A stretch of 64,000 nt of DNA, from positions 2,834 through 66,833 of IMG/VR virus record IMGVR_UViG_3300049210_000020; one strand, 5' to 3'. The notes beneath the pieces are model-generated. The model was not told the DNA's origin. It was given only the letters and a program-made list of their open reading frames with translations, and made no database searches. Both the position numbers and the translations under genes were made by a program. Source of the DNA: a virus. Its lineage: Duplodnaviria > Caudoviricetes. Shown here one piece after another: positions 36,028-44,555 of the stretch (position 1 is the stretch's first letter; the number at the start of each line of letters is the position of its first letter).

Positions 36028-36486
36028 TCACCGACTGCCCTTCGGACTCTTTGGGCCATCGAGAATTTCATCCAGCATCTGCACTAATCTCCTCACCTCC
36101 GCATGTTCAGCCTCAGAGAATCGAATGTTATTGTAGGCGAGTAACGCTGTGGCTTTTTTCAAATCCAGTCGCAGCATATCCTCGCCTAACTTGTCCTGCT
36201 CCAGATCGAATATCTTCTTCTGTAACTCGTGAATCGTGTCGCCGCTATTAATCAGGGCCGTTAACAACTTCTCAGCACCCTCGCTCATCGCGGCAAAGTC
36301 GCGGAACTCAGCACTGCGGATATTCACCCTTGTCAGGTCAGTACGCGCTTGCGTTTCAGCGTCCTCAATGTCTGATCTCTTTCTATTGCGATAAGTCTGT
36401 ACGGCGTAAGGAATTAAGCCAATGAGGGTGCCAGCGAGAGCTTGCAGCAGGCCGGACCATGTGAGAGAAAAGGAAGGGTTTTGCAT
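36028..36486 (-). CDS. N-terminal membrane anchor plus coiled coil
   Basis: WSGLLQALAGTLIGLIPYAV then helical region. Confidence 0.65.
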   Translation of the reverse strand: MQNPSFSLTWSGLLQALAGTLIGLIPYAVQTYRNRKRSDIEDAETQARTDLTRVNIRSAEFRDFAAMSEGAEKLLTALINSGDTIHELQKKIFDLEQDKLGEDMLRLDLKKATALLAYNNIRFSEAEHAEVRRLVQMLDEILDGPKSPKGSR

Positions 36487-36496
36487 CTCATTGGAG

Positions 36497-37006
36497 TCAT
36501 GACGAATTCAGCGTTGTTTCACGAGCACTGCGAATAATTTCCAACAGCCGTTCCGCTTCCTGCTCCAACATGCGCAACTGCGTGGTGGACATTGCGATCG
36601 TGGAAGCGTTTAGGTTCTCATACATTTCAGCAGCGTCACTCTCAGGAAACCTCACTGCCCACTCGCCTTGAACTGCTTCTTCGGTAAGCACCGAATCAAT
36701 CGGCAACTTACAGCAAAACCAGTGCGGACCATGATCCTTGACGATTTGTTCAGCCAGCGCGCGTGACGTGCAAATGCCCATCATTTCAACGCAGTAATCG
36801 CTGGCCCAAAGAGTGTCTGCATATGCCGCGCGAATCTGTTGCTGCTTGTCCGGCGGCAGCTCAGTAATAGGCCGACGTTTCCCAACCGCGTACATCGTCC
36901 CAAGCGCGCGCACTTCACGTATCAGGACTTCACGAAGCAGGTCAGCCTCGTTGACAGCCCGGAGGGTATTACGACCTTCATATGTTGAGGCCGCAACTGC
37001 GCTCAC
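36497..37006 (-). CDS. Hypothetical protein
   Basis: 169 aa ORF in operon. Confidence 0.6.
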   Translation of the reverse strand: MSAVAASTYEGRNTLRAVNEADLLREVLIREVRALGTMYAVGKRRPITELPPDKQQQIRAAYADTLWASDYCVEMMGICTSRALAEQIVKDHGPHWFCCKLPIDSVLTEEAVQGEWAVRFPESDAAEMYENLNASTIAMSTTQLRMLEQEAERLLEIIRSARETTLNSS

Positions 37007-37167
37007 TAGCCACCTCCACCTTTGCCAGGCCCAATTGGCGTTCCCGGCGGTAACGGTTCATCCTGCGGCTGTGGTGTTGGAGCGGGCTTGCCGGGCTCGG
37101 GCTGCATTGGCTCAGGTACATCCGGCTTCGGATCAGGTCTATCCGGTTTATTTTCATTAGCTGTCAT
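37006..37167 (-). CDS. Pro-rich 53-aa peptide (not in track)
   Basis: MTANENKPDRPDPKPDVPEPMQPEPGKPAPTPQPQDEPLPPGTPIGPGKGGGG; RBS CCTCCC on plus. Confidence 0.5.
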   Translation of the reverse strand: MTANENKPDRPDPKPDVPEPMQPEPGKPAPTPQPQDEPLPPGTPIGPGKGGGG

Positions 37168-37197
37168 TTGGGAGGTCACTTCCTTTCAGTTTGATTG

Positions 37198-37383
37198 TTA
37201 CTTGCACTTCTTGTCAGCTAGGTCCTTAATCTCTCTAAAGATCTGTTGATGCTCGTTTGAGACCGCGCCATAGATGGCTCCGATGCGAGCGATGCCGATA
37301 ACGAGCGTTACGGCCAGCCCGGCGACTGAAACAGCCACAGAGAACAGGGCAGTAGTGCTGAGTTTCTGTTGGCGTTCAGTCAT
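37198..37383 (-). CDS. Small membrane protein (holin-like)
   Basis: One long hydrophobic segment, charged C-terminus. Confidence 0.55.
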   Translation of the reverse strand: MTERQQKLSTTALFSVAVSVAGLAVTLVIGIARIGAIYGAVSNEHQQIFREIKDLADKKCK

Positions 37384-37697
37384 CGGGTTTGGCGGGTTTT
37401 ATTATCGCGATTTACAGTTGATGGTTTCCAAAAAGTCGGCGAATCCAGTTAATGAGCGTTACAATCCAGTACCAGAACGTTGTCCATGCCTTAATTAGCC
37501 AGTCTCTCACGTTCGATTCCCCGCTCGACAGAGACTCAGCACGAGCACGAAGCCCACGAAGAGACAGAGCAGGAAGATGGAGTAAGCTAACATACGTTTA
37601 AGTATCGCAACGCTCGTCAGTGCCAATTTGCAAACTGCCCCCAATTTGCAAAGAAAGGTAAACAAGCTTCCTGCCAAGCGCTGCGAATTTGTTTCAG

Positions 37698-37970
37698 CTA
37701 CGCGCCACCCTCTGTCGTGCCGCCGCCTGTTTCGCCGGTGCCGGTGTCGGGCGGCGCGGGGGTGTTGCGTGCTACAGCCTCAGCGAGTTTGTCTTTCTGC
37801 GCCTTAAATTCAGCCGAGAACTTCGAGACGTTCGAGCTATCGCTGAGATTGTCAGCAGCGATGGCCGCGTCCAGCCGTTCGTCAAAACCGTCCATCAGCG
37901 CAGAAGCCGAATCAACTACGCTGGTCAGTTCCCCTACCTCGGTTGCAAGTGGATTAAAGTCGGTTGGCAT
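37698..37970 (-). CDS. Helical acidic protein of lysis-like cassette
   Basis: LATEVGELTSVVDSASALMDG...KLAEAVARNTP. Confidence 0.65.
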   Translation of the reverse strand: MPTDFNPLATEVGELTSVVDSASALMDGFDERLDAAIAADNLSDSSNVSKFSAEFKAQKDKLAEAVARNTPAPPDTGTGETGGGTTEGGA

Positions 37971-38233
37971 TATTCAGTCTCTCCTTTTTGGGAATCTACA
38001 GATGATTTGAGTTTATCCTTTGCGGCTTTAACATCGCCTGTCAGCTTATCGACGATGGTCTGATCCTCACCAGTGTCACCGCCAAGAACGCGAATTAAGT
38101 TATCGAACCCGTTGCTGATGGCGTCGGTCTGCGTTCCCTGCCACTTGGCAAGGTTGTCTGAAAGATTGTTAATGGCCGTTAGTAGAGCTTGTAACTGCTC
38201 GGGATCGAATTTGAAAGTCAACGCCATGCACAT
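37970..38233 (-). CDS. Helical coiled-coil protein
   Basis: Coupled; AGGAG RBS. Confidence 0.6.
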   Translation of the reverse strand: MCMALTFKFDPEQLQALLTAINNLSDNLAKWQGTQTDAISNGFDNLIRVLGGDTGEDQTIVDKLTGDVKAAKDKLKSSVDSQKGETE

Positions 38234-38236
38234 CTC

Positions 38237-38815
38237 CTATTGGCGCGTCGCCTGAAACACTTTTAGCATCTGCGCGGATTTAGTTGCATCTGAAACTGTT
38301 GATTCCAGCCCTACCGTAGCAGGCGCGGCTCGTGGCGTTTCCGATTCTACAAAGGCTTCTACCGTCAACAGCAGCACGTTAATCGAGGCGAGAATCCCGA
38401 TGATCGTGGTGCGACGTGGATTGTCAGGGAGGTTGAGCAATGCGGTGCCGACTGCGCTGAGCGCACTACGCACGGTTGCGAGAGTGGATTGTGATGCGGG
38501 AATGTCGGCACTGGCTAATGCGCTTTTCAGCTTATCCAATGCGGGGATTACCTTCGCGTCTACCGTAGCGGCAAGGTCGTGAGCGTTTAGCAAGTCGAGC
38601 AACGGCATGGCTTCTTTGGCGATCTCGATAACGAATCCCGCGACTCGCACGGCTTTCTCTTTTGAGACACCACATTTCAGCGCAGTGGTAGTGAACGTGA
38701 GCGCGGTCAGTCCGAGAGCACCGCGAGTGATGAACCAGCGCCGAGAATCGATATAGGCATGGCCCCCTGTCCACCACTTGCCGAGTTTTAGCCGTATCCA
38801 GTTACCAAGCTTCAT
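38237..38815 (-). CDS. Putative Tat-exported lipoprotein
   Basis: SRRWFITRGALGLTALTFTTTALKC (twin Arg plus lipobox-like Cys); helical body. Confidence 0.6.
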   Translation of the reverse strand: MKLGNWIRLKLGKWWTGGHAYIDSRRWFITRGALGLTALTFTTTALKCGVSKEKAVRVAGFVIEIAKEAMPLLDLLNAHDLAATVDAKVIPALDKLKSALASADIPASQSTLATVRSALSAVGTALLNLPDNPRRTTIIGILASINVLLLTVEAFVESETPRAAPATVGLESTVSDATKSAQMLKVFQATRQ

Positions 38816-39108
38816 TGATTCAATTCCTCTCGTGCGTTCTTAACATCGGAAGCCTTTGCCGCGTCTCTTACCTCGGGCTTACTTGCGCCGCCCTGGATAC
38901 GCTCACTAAACAGAGTGATGAATATTGAGATAATAGCAGCGCCCGCGAAATACTTGTTATATTCGGAAGGGAAGATGCTAACTAGACTTGCTTGCTGCGA
39001 CGCGGAAACGGCCGCCGATAGGATGCCAGCAAAACCAGCGATTGCGGAAATTAGTCGGCCTTTCGGGCCATAGGTGAGTTTACCGTCCATGGTTGAGCAG
39101 TGTATCAC
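38812..39108 (-). CDS. Holin-like two-helix membrane protein
   Basis: Two hydrophobic helices, charged C-terminus; first gene of cassette. Confidence 0.6.
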   Translation of the reverse strand: MIHCSTMDGKLTYGPKGRLISAIAGFAGILSAAVSASQQASLVSIFPSEYNKYFAGAAIISIFITLFSERIQGGASKPEVRDAAKASDVKNAREELNQ

Positions 39109-39188
39109 TTTCAGCCCTTATTTGTGGCGGAAAAGTTACGAGGCACGTGAGGGCGCACGAAATAGTATAGAGAAATAATCACGCGGGC

Positions 39189-39219
39189 TGTAGACAGGTC
39201 TACACAGTTATGCTATCTT
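39189..39219 (+). promoter_or_regulatory. Promoter with palindromic operator over the -35
   Basis: TAGACA-17-TATCTT with TGc extension; palindrome TGTAGAC-AG-GTCTACA at 39189-39204; ATG at 39229. Confidence 0.7.
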
Positions 39220-39228
39220 GTCTTCACC

Positions 39229-39462
39229 ATGACAAACAAAACGTCAGCCAAAGATAGACACTTCGCAGTAATCTGTTTTGCCGTTCAGTTGGAGAACTGC
39301 AAGGACGTTGATTTGGCCCTAGCTGAAATCTACTCGGAAGCCATTACTACCAAGTCTCGCCTTCTAGTCCATCATGTTCTAATAAACATTCCCGAGGGCC
39401 GCGGCTGGCGTCGGTTCTGCAATGAAGTCAAGCGTTACATCGCTGAAAGGGCGACTATATGA
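39229..39462 (+). CDS. Hypothetical early protein
   Basis: Immediately after promoter. Confidence 0.55.
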   Translation: MTNKTSAKDRHFAVICFAVQLENCKDVDLALAEIYSEAITTKSRLLVHHVLINIPEGRGWRRFCNEVKRYIAERATI

Positions 39463-39800
39463 GCCACCGAAACATTATCGCAAGCGCTGTAATCCTGAAC
39501 TTTCTGAACTCTCAACCCGGCGAATTTACTCCCACTGAAATCAGGCGCATGGCGCACGGTTTTCACTGCGACACGTCCGACAGCGATGTTGAGTATGTTT
39601 GTCAAACCCTTGCTAATAACAAACAGATCAGCCGCGTTGACAAACTGGATTATTTAGCCTTTGCTGCGCACTCCCTCACTCGTGAGTGCGTCAACGCGGG
39701 CACTGATTGGATGCCGCAAGGCTGGAAACCAACGCGACTGGAAATGCCGAATAGCCGTCCCGTGCCAAGATCTATTCTCCCGAGGTTTAGCGATGACTAA
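39459..39800 (+). CDS. Winged-helix-like protein
   Basis: FTPTEIR...VEYVCQTLANNKQI. Confidence 0.5.
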   Translation: MSHRNIIASAVILNFLNSQPGEFTPTEIRRMAHGFHCDTSDSDVEYVCQTLANNKQISRVDKLDYLAFAAHSLTRECVNAGTDWMPQGWKPTRLEMPNSRPVPRSILPRFSDD

Positions 39801-40236
39801 TGATGAAGTTACCAACGCGTTTTTTGCGCACGATGCCCTAAAGCGTGAGCATCAGGCCGCCCGGCGCAAGTTGGACGCCGACTGGCAGGAAAGAATTGAC
39901 AGTGTAAACAGTTTGCTTCTGAACCTAGTCGCCACCGAGGGGCAAAGACTGGCGACGTTTCAGCCTAACGACATCCTTGTCACGCCGAAAGATGATATAT
40001 GGGTAGTGCTCTACGTTAGCGGCAAGGTGGCTCAACTCCCAAACCTTCAGGTCAAAGTAGTGCCTGAGTATGAAATGCAACGCCTACAAAAGAGCGGCTA
40101 TCTAGGCAAGACTGTGGAGAAGTTTGCGGGCGCGGCTATCAAAGGGTGGCGCAAGCAGGGAACGATGTCCCGCGACAAGATTGAGGCATTCTGGGAAGTG
40201 AACAGACAAGGCCAGAGAAAACGGAGGGCGTCGTGA
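39793..40236 (+). CDS. Hypothetical protein
   Basis: Start ATG 39793; coupled. Confidence 0.55.
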   Translation: MTNDEVTNAFFAHDALKREHQAARRKLDADWQERIDSVNSLLLNLVATEGQRLATFQPNDILVTPKDDIWVVLYVSGKVAQLPNLQVKVVPEYEMQRLQKSGYLGKTVEKFAGAAIKGWRKQGTMSRDKIEAFWEVNRQGQRKRRAS

Positions 40237-40505
40237 AGTTCAGAAATAAACTGAGTAGACACGTAACGAAGAAAGTCGTGTTTACCGTAGACTGCTCCGT
40301 TAATCAGGTATGTGACGGAGAGCACGAATTTGATGGCCCAACGGTCGCCGCTGTTGTGCGCGAGATGAAGACTGATGGGTGGCTGGACAATTTCATAATC
40401 GAGGACACTGAAAACTTGGCTTGTCCGGCCTGCGTCGCGTATTGCAAGGAGAGCGCCACGGACTTCGATGAGTTGGATATTCGCGCCGGGGGAAACGCCA
40501 AGTGA
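40233..40505 (+). CDS. Zinc-binding protein
   Basis: CxxxxxC...CPAC; GTGA coupling. Confidence 0.55.
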   Translation: MKFRNKLSRHVTKKVVFTVDCSVNQVCDGEHEFDGPTVAAVVREMKTDGWLDNFIIEDTENLACPACVAYCKESATDFDELDIRAGGNAK

Positions 40506-40660
40506 CCGCGACACTCAAACAACTTCTCTGTCTCCGCTGTGGCTATCAATGGTGGCCCAAGTCAGAAAAGAAGCCAGAGCGATGCGCAAAATGTAACAGC
40601 CCTTATTGGGATAAGCCGCGTGGTGCAAAGCAGGGACGCCCAAAGAAGAAACTAAGCTAA
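40502..40660 (+). CDS. 52-aa zinc ribbon (not in track)
   Basis: CLRCGYQWWPKSEKKPERCAKCNSPYWDKPR. Confidence 0.7.
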   Translation: MTATLKQLLCLRCGYQWWPKSEKKPERCAKCNSPYWDKPRGAKQGRPKKKLS

Positions 40661-40707
40661 TCACAGCCTACGAAAAGGCTTTAAGGTAGGCCGGAAGGGG
40701 AAACAAA

Positions 40708-40908
40708 ATGAGCTACACCGTCAAGGTTGAACCCGTTCAAGACGATTACAACTATCGTAACCGTCTAATCATCACTGACGACTCGGGAGAACGCGACCAC
40801 TGGGACGGGGGCGAGCCGGAAGATAACAGTTACATTCGTGATTGGTCATGGGTTGCCGATGAGTTGCGGCTTGCCTATAAACAAGGGTTGAAGGATGGAC
40901 GAAAATGA
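40708..40908 (+). CDS. Hypothetical protein
   Basis: RBS; coupled. Confidence 0.6.
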   Translation: MSYTVKVEPVQDDYNYRNRLIITDDSGERDHWDGGEPEDNSYIRDWSWVADELRLAYKQGLKDGRK

Positions 40909-41117
40909 CTACTCAGGACATTAAAGAATTGCAACAGGGAATTGGCACCGCCGCATGGAAGCTGGACCTAAACAGGTTCGCGGAGGCGACGGGCTGGAAT
41001 CCCGAACATGGCTATACGCAGGACCGATTTCGTGCATTTGTGGCACTGAGCAAGTCGCTAAGCCGATTCGATCCTGAGACGCTGCTGAAACTAGTCGAGG
41101 TAGGACGTATAGCGTAA
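40905..41117 (+). CDS. Hypothetical protein
   Basis: ATGA coupling. Confidence 0.55.
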   Translation: MTTQDIKELQQGIGTAAWKLDLNRFAEATGWNPEHGYTQDRFRAFVALSKSLSRFDPETLLKLVEVGRIA

Positions 41118-41143
41118 AGCCAATCACGAAGCCAGAGGTAAAA

Positions 41144-41332
41144 ATGAAGACACAACGAATCTATTGCGGAGACAGAGAGCGAGGCTGCGGGGCTGAAGTT
41201 ACCTCAGCGGATCTAGAAATGGGCGCATGTACGCAATGTGGGCTTCGATTAGAGCCTGAGCCTCTTCCACTTCGTCATCAATTACTGCTTTCACTTCAAG
41301 AGATTCAGAGCCAAAGAGAGGCGGAACGATAA
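41144..41332 (+). CDS. Small zinc-binding protein
   Basis: C-x6-C...CTQC. Confidence 0.55.
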   Translation: MKTQRIYCGDRERGCGAEVTSADLEMGACTQCGLRLEPEPLPLRHQLLLSLQEIQSQREAER

Positions 41333-41646
41333 TGGCTAGTCAATTGTCCCAATCAATCGCTCACGACTTGTTTATGGATGCCGGGGTCAATCGCAAGGCC
41401 AAACGCCTTGTGTTGGAATCTGAGGGTGATAAGTATCTCGGCGCAGGATGGGGTGAGAAAGCGTTAGCAGATCGCGTGGACCTGTCGCTTAGGGAAGTAC
41501 GGGGAGTGCTCAGTCAGACCGCAGATCGGCGTTATCCTGAAACGCACGGCCATTGCTGGTGCCGTAAGGACTTGACTGATGACAAGGAGCCACATGGTGA
41601 GTTCTGCCAACGCGCTCGTGCGTTAATGGAGAAACTAAAATGTTAA
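41332..41646 (+). CDS. Hypothetical protein
   Basis: HCWCR...HGEFCQRAR tail resembles the tail of 17883-18164. Confidence 0.55.
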   Translation: MASQLSQSIAHDLFMDAGVNRKAKRLVLESEGDKYLGAGWGEKALADRVDLSLREVRGVLSQTADRRYPETHGHCWCRKDLTDDKEPHGEFCQRARALMEKLKC

Positions 41647-41903
41647 CCACTACACCTAACCAACGCAAAGAACTCGCACATGAACTAGCTTATGCCCACA
41701 TTAAATCAAGCGAATTGTGGGATGAGTTACAAAACGCAGAATGCGACAAAGAGGCAGAAGAGTTAGCCGCCGCAATTGAGCGCACTATTGATACATGGTT
41801 CTCACGTCGCTTAGCAGATAAGGCGGAGGGTGAGCGCATTGAAGAATTGATTACGTTGAGCCACTTCGCCCAACAAGGAAGGGTGAGCCACAGGAATGAG
41901 TGA
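41640..41903 (+). CDS. Hypothetical protein
   Basis: Coupled. Confidence 0.55.
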   Translation: MLTTTPNQRKELAHELAYAHIKSSELWDELQNAECDKEAEELAAAIERTIDTWFSRRLADKAEGERIEELITLSHFAQQGRVSHRNE

Positions 41904-42237
41904 GAAGGAACAAGTCTTGCCGCAAGCTGGTGATTACTGGGAATTCAAGTTGCCAGGGAAGCAAAGGCGCGTTAAGGAAGTGGGCTACGTGGACACGAAA
42001 GACTTCATTGTTGAGCGTGGCACCTATCCCGAATGGAAGGACAAGGTTGAGCGTTTGCCTTACGTGTTTTGGGCACGAGCGAATAAGGGTCGCTATACCG
42101 GAATCACGGTCAGAAGATTGCTGGAGTTTGGGCGACGTGTCTCAACTAAAGCGGAGCGTGACGCGCATCTTGAGTCGTTGATCGAAAAGGCCAAAGCTAA
42201 ACGGGCAGGTGAGCGAGCAGCGAAGGAGCAACCATGA
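41896..42237 (+). CDS. Hypothetical protein
   Basis: Coupled. Confidence 0.55.
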   Translation: MSEKEQVLPQAGDYWEFKLPGKQRRVKEVGYVDTKDFIVERGTYPEWKDKVERLPYVFWARANKGRYTGITVRRLLEFGRRVSTKAERDAHLESLIEKAKAKRAGERAAKEQP

Positions 42238-42458
42238 CTCTCACCCCTGAACAACTAACGCTCCGTCGTAAGATCGCTGCCGCGAAGTCGTATCTCAGCC
42301 GTTTAGACAATCAGCGTCGGGAGGTTCTTCGCGGTACCGAGAGAACTGGCGAAAGCGGCATTGACGAATTCCGCAGACTAACTAATAAGCGCGATGCGCA
42401 GTATTTCAAATTCCGCGAACTATGTAACCAACTGCCGGGGTGTGATGATGACTACTGA
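42234..42458 (+). CDS. Hypothetical coiled-coil protein
   Basis: Coupled. Confidence 0.55.
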   Translation: MTLTPEQLTLRRKIAAAKSYLSRLDNQRREVLRGTERTGESGIDEFRRLTNKRDAQYFKFRELCNQLPGCDDDY

Positions 42459-42876
42459 ACAACTGGCCGCGCTGAAGGAAGTAGCGGAACGTGCATCAAG
42501 TGGCAAATGGCGTTGGAACGTTAACCTCAAGACGAAGCACGTCTATCTCGAGTCTGAGGATGGCCCACGCCAAATCATTATTGACTTCACTCGCTGGGGA
42601 ATGAGTAGCGCCACGCCACGCTTTAACGTGAACGGGTTAATGCAAGACGCTCAGGATTGTGCGGCGGTCGTAGAAGGTCGCGAGCATCACGCTGCGTGGT
42701 ATCAGACCTTAGATCACCCTGACGCTAACCACATCGCCGCTTTCGATCCAACTACATGTTTAGAGTTACTGGAGGAAGTGGAGCGGCTGCGCGAGGTCGA
42801 AAGAGAGTGCTTAGCGTTGGATAAGTTAACAGATCGAGTTTTGAAGTTCGACATCCTGGAGGCACTAAAACCATGA
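42445..42876 (+). CDS. Ead/Ea22-like protein
   Basis: LKEVAERASSGKW...DANHIAAFDPTTCLELLEEVERLR. Confidence 0.75.
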   Translation: MMTTEQLAALKEVAERASSGKWRWNVNLKTKHVYLESEDGPRQIIIDFTRWGMSSATPRFNVNGLMQDAQDCAAVVEGREHHAAWYQTLDHPDANHIAAFDPTTCLELLEEVERLREVERECLALDKLTDRVLKFDILEALKP

Positions 42877-43061
42877 ACACTACTAATTCACCAGAGGCGC
42901 GACCGACTAAGTGGGTTTGCGATAGCTGTGGAAAAACGCTGCATCCGTCTGATCTGACACGGGTCGGCATTGGGGTCCACCACTACGATTACAATAAAGA
43001 CATAAGCAGAGACGGGCTACTGAACTGCGGCTTGGTGAAAGAGGTGGTAATCAATGACTGA
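42873..43061 (+). CDS. Small zinc-binding protein
   Basis: CDSCG...HH...C. Confidence 0.5.
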   Translation: MNTTNSPEARPTKWVCDSCGKTLHPSDLTRVGIGVHHYDYNKDISRDGLLNCGLVKEVVIND

Positions 43062-43632
43062 ACCTGAGGCGCAACCACAGGGAGTTGAACTATTGCCGTG
43101 TCCGTTCTGCCGCTCACGAGACGTGACACTAAGCAACGGGTACGACGAGGACGGAAACTGGGTAGTCCTGTGCGGGCAATGCAAGTCATCGGGTACGTTC
43201 TGCGTCGAAAAGGCCAAGGCAATTGAACGATGGAACACCCGCGCTGACCTTCCCCGCGCTACGGCAGCCGATGTTGAGCGAGATCGAATCATCGCTATGG
43301 CCGATGCGCTGGAATACGAGTTACCTAACTTCGAGCAAATGAAGGGCGTTGAAACGCTGCGTAAGAAGTTACAAGCCGAGACGCCCCGTGCTACCGGAGA
43401 AACAACAGTTGAGACGGCGCTGGTTGAACTGCGGGAGATGTTTCCGAAGACGTTTATCCGAGTTCGGTCAACAACTGAGATCGAGTACAACGAATACGCT
43501 GATAAAGCGTCGTATCGAGAGCGCCACGCGTACGTCTTAATAATGAAACACGGAGAGTTTTCAGCACAGACGCTCGCTGACTGCATGGCCCAAGTCCGCG
43601 CTGCCACCCGCACGGAAGGAGATCAGGGATGA
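43054..43632 (+). CDS. Lar-family restriction alleviation protein with C-terminal modules
   Basis: LLPCPFC...VLCGQCKSSG...KAIERWNTR. Confidence 0.8.
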   Translation: MTEPEAQPQGVELLPCPFCRSRDVTLSNGYDEDGNWVVLCGQCKSSGTFCVEKAKAIERWNTRADLPRATAADVERDRIIAMADALEYELPNFEQMKGVETLRKKLQAETPRATGETTVETALVELREMFPKTFIRVRSTTEIEYNEYADKASYRERHAYVLIMKHGEFSAQTLADCMAQVRAATRTEGDQG

Positions 43633-43805
43633 AAGACGGACAAATAGAAGGTGGTCTTGTTTGGTTTGGCTTCGATCTTCACGACTTGGAATGGCTTCAG
43701 GATCTAATACCAAGAGGCGACGAATTCAGGAGAGCGGTGACGGACGCGATCTCCCGACTTAAAGCGCACGAGCGCCGCACGGAAGGGGAAGGAGAGAAGG
43801 GATGA
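43629..43805 (+). CDS. Hypothetical 58-aa protein (not in track)
   Basis: MKDGQIEGGLVWFG...RTEGEGEKG; ATGA coupling on both sides. Confidence 0.5.
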   Translation: MKDGQIEGGLVWFGFDLHDLEWLQDLIPRGDEFRRAVTDAISRLKAHERRTEGEGEKG

Positions 43806-44209
43806 ACAACCAGCAGTTTGACGCGCGCCTAAAGTTCACCTGTCCGAGTTGTGGCGGTCGCTGGAAAGTAAAGGTAGACGCTATGCTGTGTCACGGCGTG
43901 GAGCCCTGCACGAAAGAGGCAGATTGCGCGGCGGCCTCTCACTTTGGGGACTGTAAGTCCATGCCCTCAAGCGAAGCGCACCGGACGACCCGACGAGAGT
44001 TAAACACAAAGTTGTTAAAGGACATTGACAACCTCTCAATAGACAATGGTTACAGTCCAGAATTCTTAAACGGATTCCATCGTGGCGTCCTGGCTGCGCG
44101 CACTGCGGTGAAAAAGGCTCTCCGCGAATCTGATACGCAGCGTGCTTACTGGCGACAGAAGCAGTCCGAGTCCCGTCAACGACGAGCGCGAAGTGAAAGG
44201 CAGAGATGA
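43802..44209 (+). CDS. Hypothetical protein
   Basis: CPSCG; C-terminal AYWRQKQSESRQR. Confidence 0.55.
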   Translation: MNNQQFDARLKFTCPSCGGRWKVKVDAMLCHGVEPCTKEADCAAASHFGDCKSMPSSEAHRTTRRELNTKLLKDIDNLSIDNGYSPEFLNGFHRGVLAARTAVKKALRESDTQRAYWRQKQSESRQRRARSERQR

Positions 44210-44349
44210 TTACTTTACGCGAGTACTTTATACACTTGATTGCCTTGCTGGTCCTGCTTGGGTTGTTGGTCTATCTGACGCCAAAGGTTGCTCAGACAAT
44301 CTCAGACACCGTGAAACCAAAGACCTCTACGTTTAAGCCGTCACTGTGA
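44206..44349 (+). CDS. 47-aa membrane peptide (not in track)
   Basis: MITLREYFIHLIALLVLLGLLVYLTPK. Confidence 0.45.
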   Translation: MITLREYFIHLIALLVLLGLLVYLTPKVAQTISDTVKPKTSTFKPSL

Positions 44350-44555
44350 TCGGGAGAGAAATGAACTCTTATCAAAGACGACAGCATAGACGCCGGATGA
44401 TGTTCGGCCTCAAAAGGTTCGCAGCGAAAGCAGGCAAGGCAGCGCAATCGTTTAGATTGACGGTCGATAGCATGAGGATTGTCGCAGGGAAAATCGCGCT
44501 GCTTAAGTCACATTCACCTTCACAACCGCCACGCCACAACCCGACTGAAACTTAA
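44346..44555 (+). CDS. Basic hypothetical protein
   Basis: MNSYQRRQHRRR; overlaps end of convergent gene. Confidence 0.45.
   Translation: MIGREMNSYQRRQHRRRMMFGLKRFAAKAGKAAQSFRLTVDSMRIVAGKIALLKSHSPSQPPRHNPTET

Noticed and set aside
37505-37525. GTTCGATTCCCC T-loop-like word
   Set aside because: No flanking T stem or acceptor stem.
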